Positions 11,303 to 22,066 of a stretch of 64,000 bases of DNA are shown piece by piece. The DNA is taken from the NCBI GenBank assembly GCA_973895155.1, contig OZ316894.1:3434944-3498943 (forward strand). The letters are read 5' to 3'. Under the pieces are notes generated by a model, which did not search any database, was not told where the DNA came from, and worked only from the letters and a program-made list of their open reading frames with translations. The position numbers and the translations under genes were made by a program. Positions within the stretch are counted from its first letter, which is position 1. Each line of letters begins with the position of its first letter. The DNA comes from Marsupella aquatica (taxonomy: Eukaryota > Plantae > Marchantiophyta).

Positions 11303-14300
11303 AGCCGGGGGTATGCCCTGTGCACGTCATCTAGGAGAGCAGATGATGTGTGGATTCTTGATTGTGCTTGCTCTTTTCATATTTGTTACATTCGTGAGTT
11401 TTTCAGTTCTTACTCTGTTTCAAACGGTTCAGTTCTGATGGGAAATGATCACTCCTGTCAAATTGAGGGAATTGGGTCTGTGAAGATTCAAATGTTTGAT
11501 GGCGCTGTGCGCACAGTGTCCGGAGTCAGGTATGTACCTGGCATGCGTAAGAATCTGATTTCACTCGGTGTGTTGGATTCAAATGGTCATCAATGGAGCG
11601 TTATTGATGGTGAACTTCAAGTCAGGTCGGGAGAGACAGTGATTTTGAAGGGGAGTAGACAAAAGAATTTGTATGTGTTATAGGGCAATACTGTATGTGG
11701 AGAGGCCAATATAACCAAGTCTCACGAGGAGATGACTCAACTGTGGCATTCACGGCTAGGCCACATGAGTGAGAAGGGTTTGGCTATCTTACGGAAGAAT
11801 GGACTCATTTCTGATTTGCAATCTTGTAAATTAGAGTTTTGTGAGCATTGCATTCTTGGAAAGCAGCATCGTCGTGCTTTTGGTGTTGGAACTCATCGTT
11901 CCAAAGCGGTTCTTGAGTACATACATAGTGACGTGTGGGGTCCATCCCCGACTCCCTCACACTCTGGAAAGTTGTACTATGTATCATTTATTGATGATTA
12001 CTCAAGATTTGTGTGGATTTATTTCATGACGCATAAGTCTGATGTCTTGTCCATTTTTAAGAAGTGGAAGGCCCAGGTGGAGAATCAGACTGGAAACACG
12101 ATCAAGTGTTTGGATACAAGGGTGAAGAGTCTGAGGTCAGACAACGGCGGGGAGTACACTTCAATGGAATTTGAAGAGTACTGTTCAGAACAGGGGATAA
12201 CTCGCCATCTCACCACAGTTTATACTCCGTAGCAGAATGGTGTCGCTGAGAGGCTCAATCGGACACTGTTGGAGCGGTCACGGAGTATGTTGAGCCAATC
12301 AGGTTTACCACAAGAATTTTGGGCAGAAGCTGTCAATACCGCAGCTTATTTGGTAAATCTTTCTCCTTCTAGTGCTATCAATTTCAAAACGCCATTTGAG
12401 ATGCGCTATAAGCGGCAAGCAGACTATCATGGCTTGGTAATTTTTGGAAGTGATGCATATGCTCTCACACCAAAGCAAAATAGGACCAAGTTGGATCCTA
12501 CCTCCAGGAAATGTGTTTTTCTTGGGTACCAGAGTGGTGTGAAAGCCTATAGGCTATGGGATCCTATTGCCTGTAAGCTCGTTGTCAGTAGGGATGTTTC
12601 CTTCAATGAATCCAGATTATTGAAGGAGGGGGAGAATACTCAGGTCTCCCGTACTGACAAAGGAAAATCTCCTATCCCGGATCTCGTTGAGGGGAAGATT
12701 GGTTATGAGGTGCATGACCGGAGAGAAGGAGTTGCTCCAATTATGGAGCTGGTTCCTATGCCAGAGGAACCAGAGGAGTTTGTTGATGCTGGTGAGCAAC
12801 AAGTGGATGCTGTTGAGCTTCAAATTGTACCAGCACACGCAGATCAACCAGAGTCATCGGCTAGAAGAACATCTGGTCGCACTGTACGCGCTCCATCAAG
12901 GTATGGACAGTGGGTTGATTCATCTCAACTGCAAGAGGATGATTTTACAGTTGATGATGAGGGTGATGCGTTAATTTTGGAAGAAGGAGAACCTTCTTCA
13001 TTTCATGAGGCAAGTGCTTCAAAAGAGAAGCAGAAGTGGACTGCAGCAATGCAAACGGAGATGCAGTCACTAAAGGACAACAAAACTTGGGAGCTTGTTA
13101 AGCTGCCTAAGGGTCAGCAAGTGGTGGACAGCAAGTGGATTTACAAGCTGAAGGATAATTCCATAGGAGGTGGATCGAAGGTCTACAAGGCTAGATTGGT
13201 AGCAAAGGGATTCACACAAGAGAAAGGTGTGGATTACAATGAGGTCTTCTCACCAGTTGCTAAGTACTCTACAATTCGACTATTGTGTGTACTTGTTGTA
13301 ATGTTTGGTCTGCTCCTAGATCAGATGGATGTTGTCACAGCTTTCCTCTATGGCACATTGGAAGAGGTGATCTTCATGAGACAACCGCTAGGTTTTGTGA
13401 AGAGAGGACAGGAGGAATTGGTTTGCAGATTGCTGAAATCCTTGTATGGGTTGAAGCAGTCACCAAGACAGTGGAACAAGCGGTTTGACGATTGGATTCG
13501 GTCACAAGGTTTTCACAGAAGTGTATTTGACCCTTGTGTGTATTTGAAACCGGTGAAGAATGTTGTCTTTGGGTTCATTATTTTAGTACTTTATGTGGAT
13601 GACATGCTAATTGCAGCCAAGGATAGGTCTGAGATTGTTAAGCTCAAGGCACTGCTTAGTGCAGAGTTTAAGATGAAGGACTTAGGGCCAGCTAAGAGGA
13701 TTTTGGGTATGGAGATCACTAGGGACTTGGAGGCTGGCAAGCTATGGTTGACGCAGAGCAGTTATGCGAGGAAGGTAATTGCAAGGTTCAACATGGAGAA
13801 TAGCAAGCCAGTAAGTACCCCGTTGGCTCCACACTTCAAGTTATCATCAGCGTTCTGTCCTACGGATGACACAGAGAAGGGGTTGATGTCAAAGGTTCCA
13901 TATGACAAGGCAGTGGGGAGTCTCATGTATTTGATGACTTGCACTAGACCTGATCTTGCCATGGCTATGGGCAAGGTGAGCAGGTACATGTCGAATCCAG
14001 GGAAGGTACACTGGGAAGCAGTGAAGTGGATTATCAGGTACTTGAAGGGTACCGTGGATCATGGTCTTTTATTTGATGCGAATGCAAAGAATGCTAGATC
14101 ATTGATTGGCTATGTAGATTCTGACTATGGACAAGATTTGGACCGAAGGAGATCAACAACAGGATACGTGTTCACACTTGGCGGTGGATGCATAAGTTGG
14201 AGGTCTACTTTGCAGAAGTGTATTGCTCAGTCTACTACAGAAGCGGAGTATGTTGCAGCTGCGGAAGCGATTTGGTTGGATAGACTTATCACTGAAATGG

Positions 14301-14563
14301 GATTGCCACAGGGGAATGTGAAGCTCCATTGTGATAGTCAAAGTGCGCTCCACCTTGCTGTGAACCAGGTGATGGACAGCAGAGTGAAGCACATTGACGT
14401 CAGGTACCATTTTATCAGGCAGGCTGTGTCTGATAATTTGTTTGAGCTAGTCAAGATTGATGGTAAACTCAACCCGGCTGACGCATTTACCAAAGTGATT
14501 CCTTTGGAGAGTTTCTCTAGACACCGTGACGTATTGCAGGTTTTGCAATTGCATCACAAGTAG
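11303..14563 (+). pseudogene. pol: Copia Pol (protease, GAG-pre-integrase, integrase, RT, RNase H), same frame as gag, two premature TAG stops
   Basis: WILDCACSFH, LWHSRLGH..CEHC, HSDVWGP, RSDNGGEY, YKARLVAKG, LYVDDML, YVDSDYG. All ORF pieces are in one frame; TAG at 11681-11683 and 12230-12232; 4-codon deletion in RNase H relative to element 2. Confidence 0.95.
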
Positions 14564-14743
14564 AGTTTTCTTAAACATTCATTGTAATTACTGATATATG
14601 CTCTTCCTCATTCCTATGTATTAGGCTACGGCTTAGTTCTGGTTTGCTCTAGTTAGAGAGGGAAACCGGTTTGGTTTTTGTCCAGAACTTCCCGCTGAGG
14701 GATCATATACATTGGCAGTATTACTCTCCCCTAGACCAGAGTC

Positions 14744-14753
14744 AAGGGGAAGA
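14744..14753 (+). promoter_or_regulatory. Polypurine tract, element 1
   Basis: AAGGGGAAGA just before the 3' LTR. Confidence 0.9.
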
Positions 14754-14754
14754 T

Positions 14755-15175
14755 TGTTGGGTATTTACTCTTACGTCTAGGTTAGGTATGACGTGGTTGG
14801 TACAACAACGTGGGTTGGTACAACTACGTGGTTAGGTACAACTACGTGATTAGGTACAACTATGTGGTTAGGTACAACTACGTAATTAGGTACAACTATG
14901 TGGTTAGGTACAACTAAGTTGCACACTATATCATAAGAGGCATGTGTGCTTGGAGAGGTAGAACCAAGGCTCATTGTTATGGAGCCACTTGAGAGATAGG
15001 GAGAGCTTACACTATGGAGACTCGGTATAGCCGACGGGCTTAGAGTTCAGTAAAGCTCTCTTGTGTGTTCCCGTGGACGTAGCCTCAAGGAGGTGAACCA
15101 CGTATCTCTTGTGTCGACTATTGTGCGTTGGATGGTTCATGGGCTTGCCGTTGCGATCGTCGTCTATGCTTAACA
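14755..15175 (+). repeat. 3' LTR of element 1
   Basis: 421 bp, TG..CA, followed by TSD AGTCA. Confidence 0.97.
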
Positions 15176-15199
15176 AGTCAGAACTCCATTTCCCCTGGG

Positions 15200-15693
15200 A
15201 CCAAGAGGGGGACCAAGGTGGTATCACATCATTCTTGCTGAGATACGCTTAGTAGACCCCCTTCTGGAAAACATTTGCTTAATCAACCCCCTCGATACTT
15301 TTCCCCAATCTGGACCGTTGATGGACCTTTCAATCTCAGATCTGGACCGTTGATAGACCTCAGGGAGTCAATCAAGTAACAAGTTTCAATTTGGGGGTCT
15401 ATCAAGCAAATACCTCTGCTTGAGAAGGTCATCTAAAGTTTGTATTATAGTGACTGCCCCTTGACCTATCTTCTGATTTTCAAGTAAGAACTCAAGCACA
15501 ACATTGCTTTCCAGCCACAGCCTGGCACAAGAAAGGCCTAGTTGTAATGTTAGTGTCATTTACTTCCTATGATAGCACCACTAGCACCCTCAATTTTGAG
15601 ACTTGGGATGAGCACGTCAAATGATCTAATTCCAGGTGTAGTAGTTGACTCTTGAAAACTGCTTTTGCCAGCTAGACCCTCATCTTGGTCAGA
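15200..15693 (-). pseudogene. Remnant of a second LRR-RLK paralog (kinase C-terminus and stop region)
   Basis: Clear nucleotide homology to about 2165-2473 (e.g. TTATAGTGACTGC..CTTGACCTATCTTCTGA, CACTAGCACCCTCAATTTTGAGA, CTAGACCCTCATCTTGG); interrupted by a MITE. Confidence 0.85.
15240..15416. mobile_element. MITE (177 bp), GAG..CTC termini, apparent 4-bp TSD TGCT
   Basis: Imperfect TIRs GAGATACGCTTAGTAGACCCC / GGGGTCTATCAAGCAAATACCTC; absent from the paralogous site at about 2190; internal direct repeat TCTGGACCGTTGAT x2. Confidence 0.75.
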
Positions 15694-18600
15694 ATGACAT
15701 TATCCATGTCCTAGTGTCAATATGGACGACCAGCCCTGCCTTTGGTAAACTGAATTCATACCAAATTGACAAGTGACATGATCCATGTGAGTACTAGTGC
15801 CAAACATTTTGGCCGGCTCCAACATCCCCTCTTTCCCCTTAAAAACATTAAAAAAACAATAATTAAACATTTTTTTCTTGAAAGCATGTTAGAAAAACAT
15901 AACTTAAAGAAACACAAGTGTGACATTTTTTTCCATAGTGTCTTTTAGACCTTTTATGAATTTTTGTTTTTCCTTTAATTTCCTTCTCATTGTTAGAATC
16001 TTCTCCAGGCTAAGGGCCGGGCGCCGGGCTCAGGGTGGACCGTCGATAGGGGCGGTCGGTAGGGGCGGACCGTCGGTAGGGGCAATCCAAGGGATGGAGA
16101 CTTGGGTGAAGACAGCAAATCTTGAGACCCAAATCTACTGAAAAAGTCTGATGGCATCAATTTGTATCCGATCAATACTCAATGGTAGTGTCTAATGAAG
16201 GGAAACTGATGGCCGGAGGGCCACAACAGGTGAGTTGTGACCGTAAATTGACTGCAAAAGTGCAACACATTGCATCTGCACGTACACATCCGTCGATTTA
16301 TTCTGTCTCCCACTTCGGGTAGCACCATAATCACCATTACACGAGCCCGAATACCCACGCTATGCATAGAAAGGGCTCTCCGTACTCCGACTCTCTCCCT
16401 ACTCACAAGCATACTCTAAAGATCAAAAGTTACTGTCGCCACAGAAATTAATGGGTTCCACTCTAGGGACCAGGTCGATCATGAACGGTGGACTTCGATG
16501 CTGACTATGGTGTAGAATAGAAGATATCTTTCAATGGCTTAGCTCATTCTTCCCCTTTTCTATCCTAGAATTATACTTCTTGCATCGGAAAACCATTTAG
16601 AAACCAAACAAAACAGTCTTCGTAGACATTGATAGTCCTGCTAGTTGGAGACATGACCAAGGCGGCTCTCCTTCATCTGTTTTCTTTCGTCTGCGTCTGG
16701 TTGGAGATGAGGCGTTTGAATACAATGCGACCTCTCCAACCTCTATAGTTCTCATAGGAAAACGGCTCTCATACTACTTAACTGTATATGTAACCAGCTT
16801 GTCGGTGAACACTCCAGTAATATAGCAATAAGTCTGCAGCGAGGTGAGATCCTGTACCTCTGTTTGTGTTTTGATGTGCGTCCTGATGTTGCCTTGCGGT
16901 CCATGCTGTACATCAGTTCGAAGAAAGCACATATCGGCTGATGTAGAAGAGCTCACAAAGGTACCAAAAGATTGATTAACAATAGAAACCAGGGAACCCC
17001 GGAAGGAACATCAACGGTGCCTTTGCTATCTCTTTTACCACAGCCGAAGGTGCCGATAAGTGAACACAATGGCGAGGCGGACCTTTTCCGCACCTCCTGG
17101 TGAGAATGAGCAAGGGAGTTGCAGGTGCGTCACGGTGCGCTATTCATTTCCCGAGCTGGTGCTTCATATGACGCTGCGAGGATGTCCAAAGCACTGCCGC
17201 TGGAAATGAGACTATGAGAAGGTAAAACTAGAGAGAAACACGAGACAAGCACAAGAGAAGAGCCTGGCAGGTTGAATGACAGAACTGTTGTTTAGTTGAA
17301 TGCGGGGTTGAGTGCTTCGAGCAATGCAACCGATTTATATCCACTCTGGTGCATGCATCTCTGGATCAATGGTGACAGCTGGTTTGTCATGGCTAGGTTT
17401 GTCATGTCCACCCTATCTTGCCGGCATAATCACTTGGTATGATTATCTATTTTGTTCTTTTCGATTCTGTCCTAGGATCACGGATTGACTTTTTTCCCTT
17501 TTCCTTTTTTAGCCAGAATCACGATAAGTCATGGTCAGCAAGATTGAGGATGCAGCTTCAGTTCAACGGTTCCTGAGTCCTGACAACTCATTTGCAACGT
17601 CTTGCCAACCAGATCTCTGTGTCACATCACCGACCTTGATTGGGAATTTCGTGATTCCTTGATTCCTAGATTCCACAAGTGAACTCTGGACTGCCACACC
17701 TCCAGTTGAGTATCTTCAACGTTTTGTAGGATGCGTCGAGAATGATTTCTGATTGATTCAATTACAAGTTTTCAGCTCTGAAATGTCACAAGCGACGATG
17801 TTGAACATAAAAACTAAGAACTGAGATTCACAAACATTGACACTTCACTTTAAAACAAAAAGATGCTTCACGATGTAGGCCAACTCTATGTTTCTCAAGT
17901 TACAGACTGGATAAGAACTGACAGAGTATCTGCAATCTTAGTAGGTCGAAGGTGTGAGCACAAGCTTTTTCCGCCACATATGCGCGCCGTGCTGTTAAGA
18001 AGAATTATTCAATCATTAAATCCAGGCCAAACCTTCTAGAAATCAGGATGTACGAGAACGAACCTGAAGGTGCCAAATTGTAGTCGTTCCTCTCTGCCTT
18101 CATGAATATTGATCCCTGGTCAGAATTCCACTACAAAACCATGTTAATAGGGAAGTGTGCATGAATCATGAACCGATCGAAGACACAGAATGAAATGACC
18201 AACGACATTTTCTAGTCTAAGGAGACAAATCAACTAAAAGAAGTAGAGATTGATGGCGTACATTTTTAACCACAGATTACTCCAACAGATCATGGCGCGA
18301 AGAAATTGTGCCGCCCGTTGACGTCTTAAAGAATCTACGCAGAATTTTCATCCCTTTTGTGACGATCTAACAATCTTGAAGAAGAAGAATAAGGGCATTC
18401 ATCCTCTTGGACTAGCTAGAGCGTCACACATCTTTTGAGCTCTTAGTGTAACGTCTGCTTCTATTGAAGTTTAGCAAGAGAATGTAATCATACACAAGCA
18501 AAGGCTCTCTTTCGGAAGATTTAACCTGTACATCATCTGCTTGAGCTTACAAGACAATCTCCTACAAACGCCACCGAAAAGAATGGACATTGACAGAAGA

Positions 18601-19544
18601 ACATGAGGCCCTGTCTTGACAATTTGAGCGTATGAGATGCTTTTCAATGGAAAGGAGTATTGCCTGGTGCAGTAAACTGCAAGTCTAGCGAAAAGAACCT
18701 AAATACACATAAAAAGAAACCTTGACCTGGCATACTTCCAATCTCTAGTGTTGGTCATCTTGTTGGCTTGAAAGGATAACCCCCAACTAAATACCTTGAG
18801 AGAGAGCTCTGGATGCATGGAAGCACAAACATTACACTTATGGTTGGAGAGATCCAATGTTATGACTTTCAAGCTAAATCAGTAACTGAAATGCATTGAA
18901 GAGACTATGCTTTTTCTCACACTTTGAAGTGTGACTCTGCACTTTGTGCACTGCTTTGGTGAAACAAGCAACTCAATTTTTTTGCTTTGAAACATCCCAT
19001 TGAAATCCATTCAAAAAGACAACATGCAACAGGGTGGTGAGTGAAATAACCCCAGCAGGGGGCCACCCAGTAGGTCTGTAACAAAAACGAGACTCATCAA
19101 TAGGGCGTCTCAAACATGGTGTCCCCATGCTTGGTCGTGGGCACATGACCGCGAATATTTGAGCCTGTAACACCACCCAGGACCAACTTGTTGGTCATGC
19201 AGAAACAAGGGGGGGGGCCGCGAAAGGACGGGTCACTGCCTGTAAAGAAGTTGGAAAACTCCGCGTTCCCTAAAGTTTGAGACGCCCTAGTGTAGCTACA
19301 GGTCAAACCGCTACCTTGCTTGCAGTCACCACTTCACGGAGGTCTTGGGGGCACCGGGGGGACCTGAAGAATCTCCTCTTGCACCGTCTGAAGGCTAGCA
19401 TAGGAACCAGCAACTCAAATTCATCTGTCTGTGTTTGCCCTCATATAGACATGTCATGCTAGAGTCCAGTACATAACATACGGAATTACACTTTGATGTA
19501 TTTGAAGGGTACTTGCAGAACAGGGAACTTGGATCACGGTTCAC

Positions 19545-19654
19545 TCTCCATATTAGAATAGTGTTGCTAATTAAGTTGCTCAATCGTAGACTATTTTGAA
19601 CTCCATATTAAAATAGTGTTGCTAATTAAGTTGCTCAATTGTAGACTATTTTGA
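19545..19654. repeat. Tandem duplication of about 55 bp
   Basis: CTCCATATTA(G/A)AATAGTGTTGCTAATTAAGTTGCTCAAT(C/T)GTAGACTATTTTGA twice. Confidence 0.9.
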
Positions 19655-20358
19655 GTTAATCCCTACCGTGGTTTATTCAGGGGTTTATTTTGAACCTATT
19701 TCATTCTATTAATTTCAAAACGTCACTTGAAGTGACATTCCAACGGCCAACCGATTAATGTTGCTTGATAATTTGTGGGAATGATGCATATGGTCTAGTA
19801 TCTAAGTACAATAGTTGCATGGCTGCTATAACTAATCTGATCCTATTATTTTGAAATTACTTGCTAATATACCCAGGGTTGTCATTTATTTTCTTCCAAC
19901 CCATCATGCGCAAATAAGTATAGGGTTTTTTTATTGGGTTTAGTGAAAGACTTTTAAATTTTTGTTGAATAACATTAGGGTTGTCTTAATCCACTTTTAA
20001 GAATTATAAGAATCATAGGGTTTTTCAAAACCAAATTTGGGAATATTCCATTAAGTTATGGGTCAAACAATTCCTCAAAAAAACTTTATTGACTTAAGTT
20101 TTAGGGTGTTTATTTCCCCAAGACTTTGTGCATGATATGGGACACTCCTTGGATTGAGGCCAGTGAGCTAGTATATATGATTCTTCAATGAATCCAGATG
20201 GAAAATAATGGATTGCTCTAAACCCTTGTTTCCAAGCCTAAGCATTACATAGTCATGGTCAAAAGATGACATCTTGGTAAGGTAGGGGCCATAGTTAGTT
20301 GTCTGGTAGGCTGGCAAGCGGGTCGGGGTAAAGCCACTATAGGCAACAAAAGCTCTTT

Positions 20359-20518
20359 TAGTGGCAAATATTCGCTAAGTTCTACCTAAGTAAAAAGTCT
20401 TTGCCACTTTTGGCAAAAACTTGCCAGCCTTTTTGTCTATGATTAGCCCGCTCCCATGAATGTAGACACAAACCCCAATTTCCACCATCTGATAGTTACA
20501 ATAAATCTAGGGAGATCT
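20359..20518 (+). repeat. Dispersed repeat / decayed MITE, related to 55533-55703
   Basis: Shared TAGTGGCAAA..., GCCACTTTTGGC and terminal AAATCTAGGGAGATCT. Confidence 0.6.
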
Positions 20519-20554
20519 CCTGCTATAAATTAATCAAAGAAATTCTATAAAGAA

Positions 20555-21270
20555 CTAGTCGGAAGCATGTGCGTTGCGCAAAAGATGTCGATAAGAGAAA
20601 AAGATGTTGATAAAGAAAAAGAAGACAAGGTGAGAAAAAGATGGTGGGGAATGAAAAGACGGCAAGGTGAGGAAAAAATGTAAAGATGAGGAAAAGTTGT
20701 TGAAAAGAAGATGTCAAGGTTGGGGTCAAGGTGAGAAAAAGATGAGATATCCAGGTTAGGTGAGAAAATTAAGATCTTGAAGCGAGAAACAATGTCGAGG
20801 AGAGCAAAGATGTCAAGTGAGAAAAAATGTCACGTTGAGGTAACCCGGCCACGGTCCTCGCTTATTTTCTTTCTACCCTTCACGCAAAAGTAAGTATAGG
20901 GTTTCTTTATTCGGTTTAGAAAAATACTTTTAAATTTTTGTAGAAGAATATTAGGGCCGGTTAATGTTTTTAATCAAAATTTGAAAATTCTAAGAAAATA
21001 TAGTGTTTTAGAAATGAATTTTGAAAATATTTTTAGAATATTCAAAAACGACAGGGATAGAAAAATAGTTCTTTTCTTAATTTTAGTGTGCTTAATAGCT
21101 AAAAATGTAGAGTGTGATATGAGAGCCCCCTTAGAGCCCGCCTTAGAGTGAGACCCTCGAGTGAGGTAAAGATGTCAAATGATGTGAGAAAAATATGTCA
21201 AGGAAAAGATGTTGAAGATAGAACATGTAAAGGCTAGAAAAGTATGTGACGGTGAGAAAAGATACAAAGG
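20555..21270 (-). mobile_element. Non-autonomous Helitron-like element, 3' end at 20555 (extent approximate)
   Basis: Minus strand reads CATCTTTTGCGCAACGCACATGCTTCCGACTAG|T, homologous to 1097-1130, with the same degenerate internal array. Confidence 0.55.
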
Positions 21271-21524
21271 TAAGGCAAACAAGTAAAAGCTTTGCAATGT
21301 AGTTGTTGAAGCATGTATGTGTGATCCCGACAATACAATTGTTGTGGTCGTGCTCAATAAGCAGTGTGTTGGACATACAAATTAGATATGAGATAGCGGC
21401 CACCAAATTATAAAGTCCAAGCATATCCTAGTTACAGGAAAAATGTATTTTTTTAAGTTTGAAATTTTTAGAGAATTCAATAAACATTTTCTATATTTTG
21501 GGTAGGTGCGGACAGGCTAAAGGG

Positions 21525-21868
21525 TGTTGAGCATAGACGATATTCGTAACGGCAAGCCCATGAACCATCCAACGCACAATAGTCGACACAGAGAGATACG
21601 TGGTTCACCTCCACATGAGGCTACGTCCACGAGAACACACAAGAGCTTTACTGCACTCTAGGCCGAACGGCCATACCAAGCATCCACAGCACAAGCTCTA
21701 CCTATCTCTCAACTAGCTCCGTAACAATGAGCCTAAGTTCCACCAGGGTCTGGCATCAGCCCTGGCTATATACACAACAGCACTACCGCTAACATTAGCT
21801 AAGTCCTAACCCGTGTTAGCCTAACTATAGTTAGCTCATGAGTCACAAGACTAGAACAATATCTAACA
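21525..21868 (-). repeat. 3' LTR of element 2
   Basis: TG..CA, direct repeat of 27947-28290. Confidence 0.96.
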
Positions 21869-22066
21869 AACTCCCCCTTGACTCTTGTCTTGGGGACTAG
21901 ACTAAATGCTACCATATGGAATCCTCAGCGGGAAGTTCTAGACAATCACCAAACCAGGTCTCCCCCTAAAAACCACAAGGGTTAACTAAGGGTTAACTAG
22001 AACTAAGCCGTAGCCTAACAGGAATGAGTAATCCATATAAAAATAGTCACATCTTGCTAAATAACT

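Larger units (their letters stand above)
9141..15175 (+). mobile_element. Full-length Ty1/copia LTR retrotransposon (Tnt1/Tork-like), element 1
   Basis: 421-bp LTRs 9141-9561 and 14755-15175 (TG..CA, 2 mismatches); 5-bp TSD AGTCA (9136-9140, 15176-15180); PBS TGGTATCAGAGC; PPT; gag-PR-IN-RT-RH order. Confidence 0.98.

Noticed and set aside
11299-11334. Stop-restart (AUGA in element 1, UGAUG in element 2) as the route to Pol
   Set aside because: The overlapping AUGs are in the -1 frame and close after 11-13 codons; pol is in frame 0.
14564-14754. SECIS/selenocysteine explanation for the conserved UGA plus 3' UTR stem
   Set aside because: No AUGA..AA..GA SECIS core in the conserved stem, the UGA is in a linker rather than a redox site, and land plants lack the Sec machinery.
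16400-19100. Coding-like composition, possible decayed gene or TE
   Set aside because: No long ORF or recognisable motif found in the frames examined; needs tBLASTx/HMM search.
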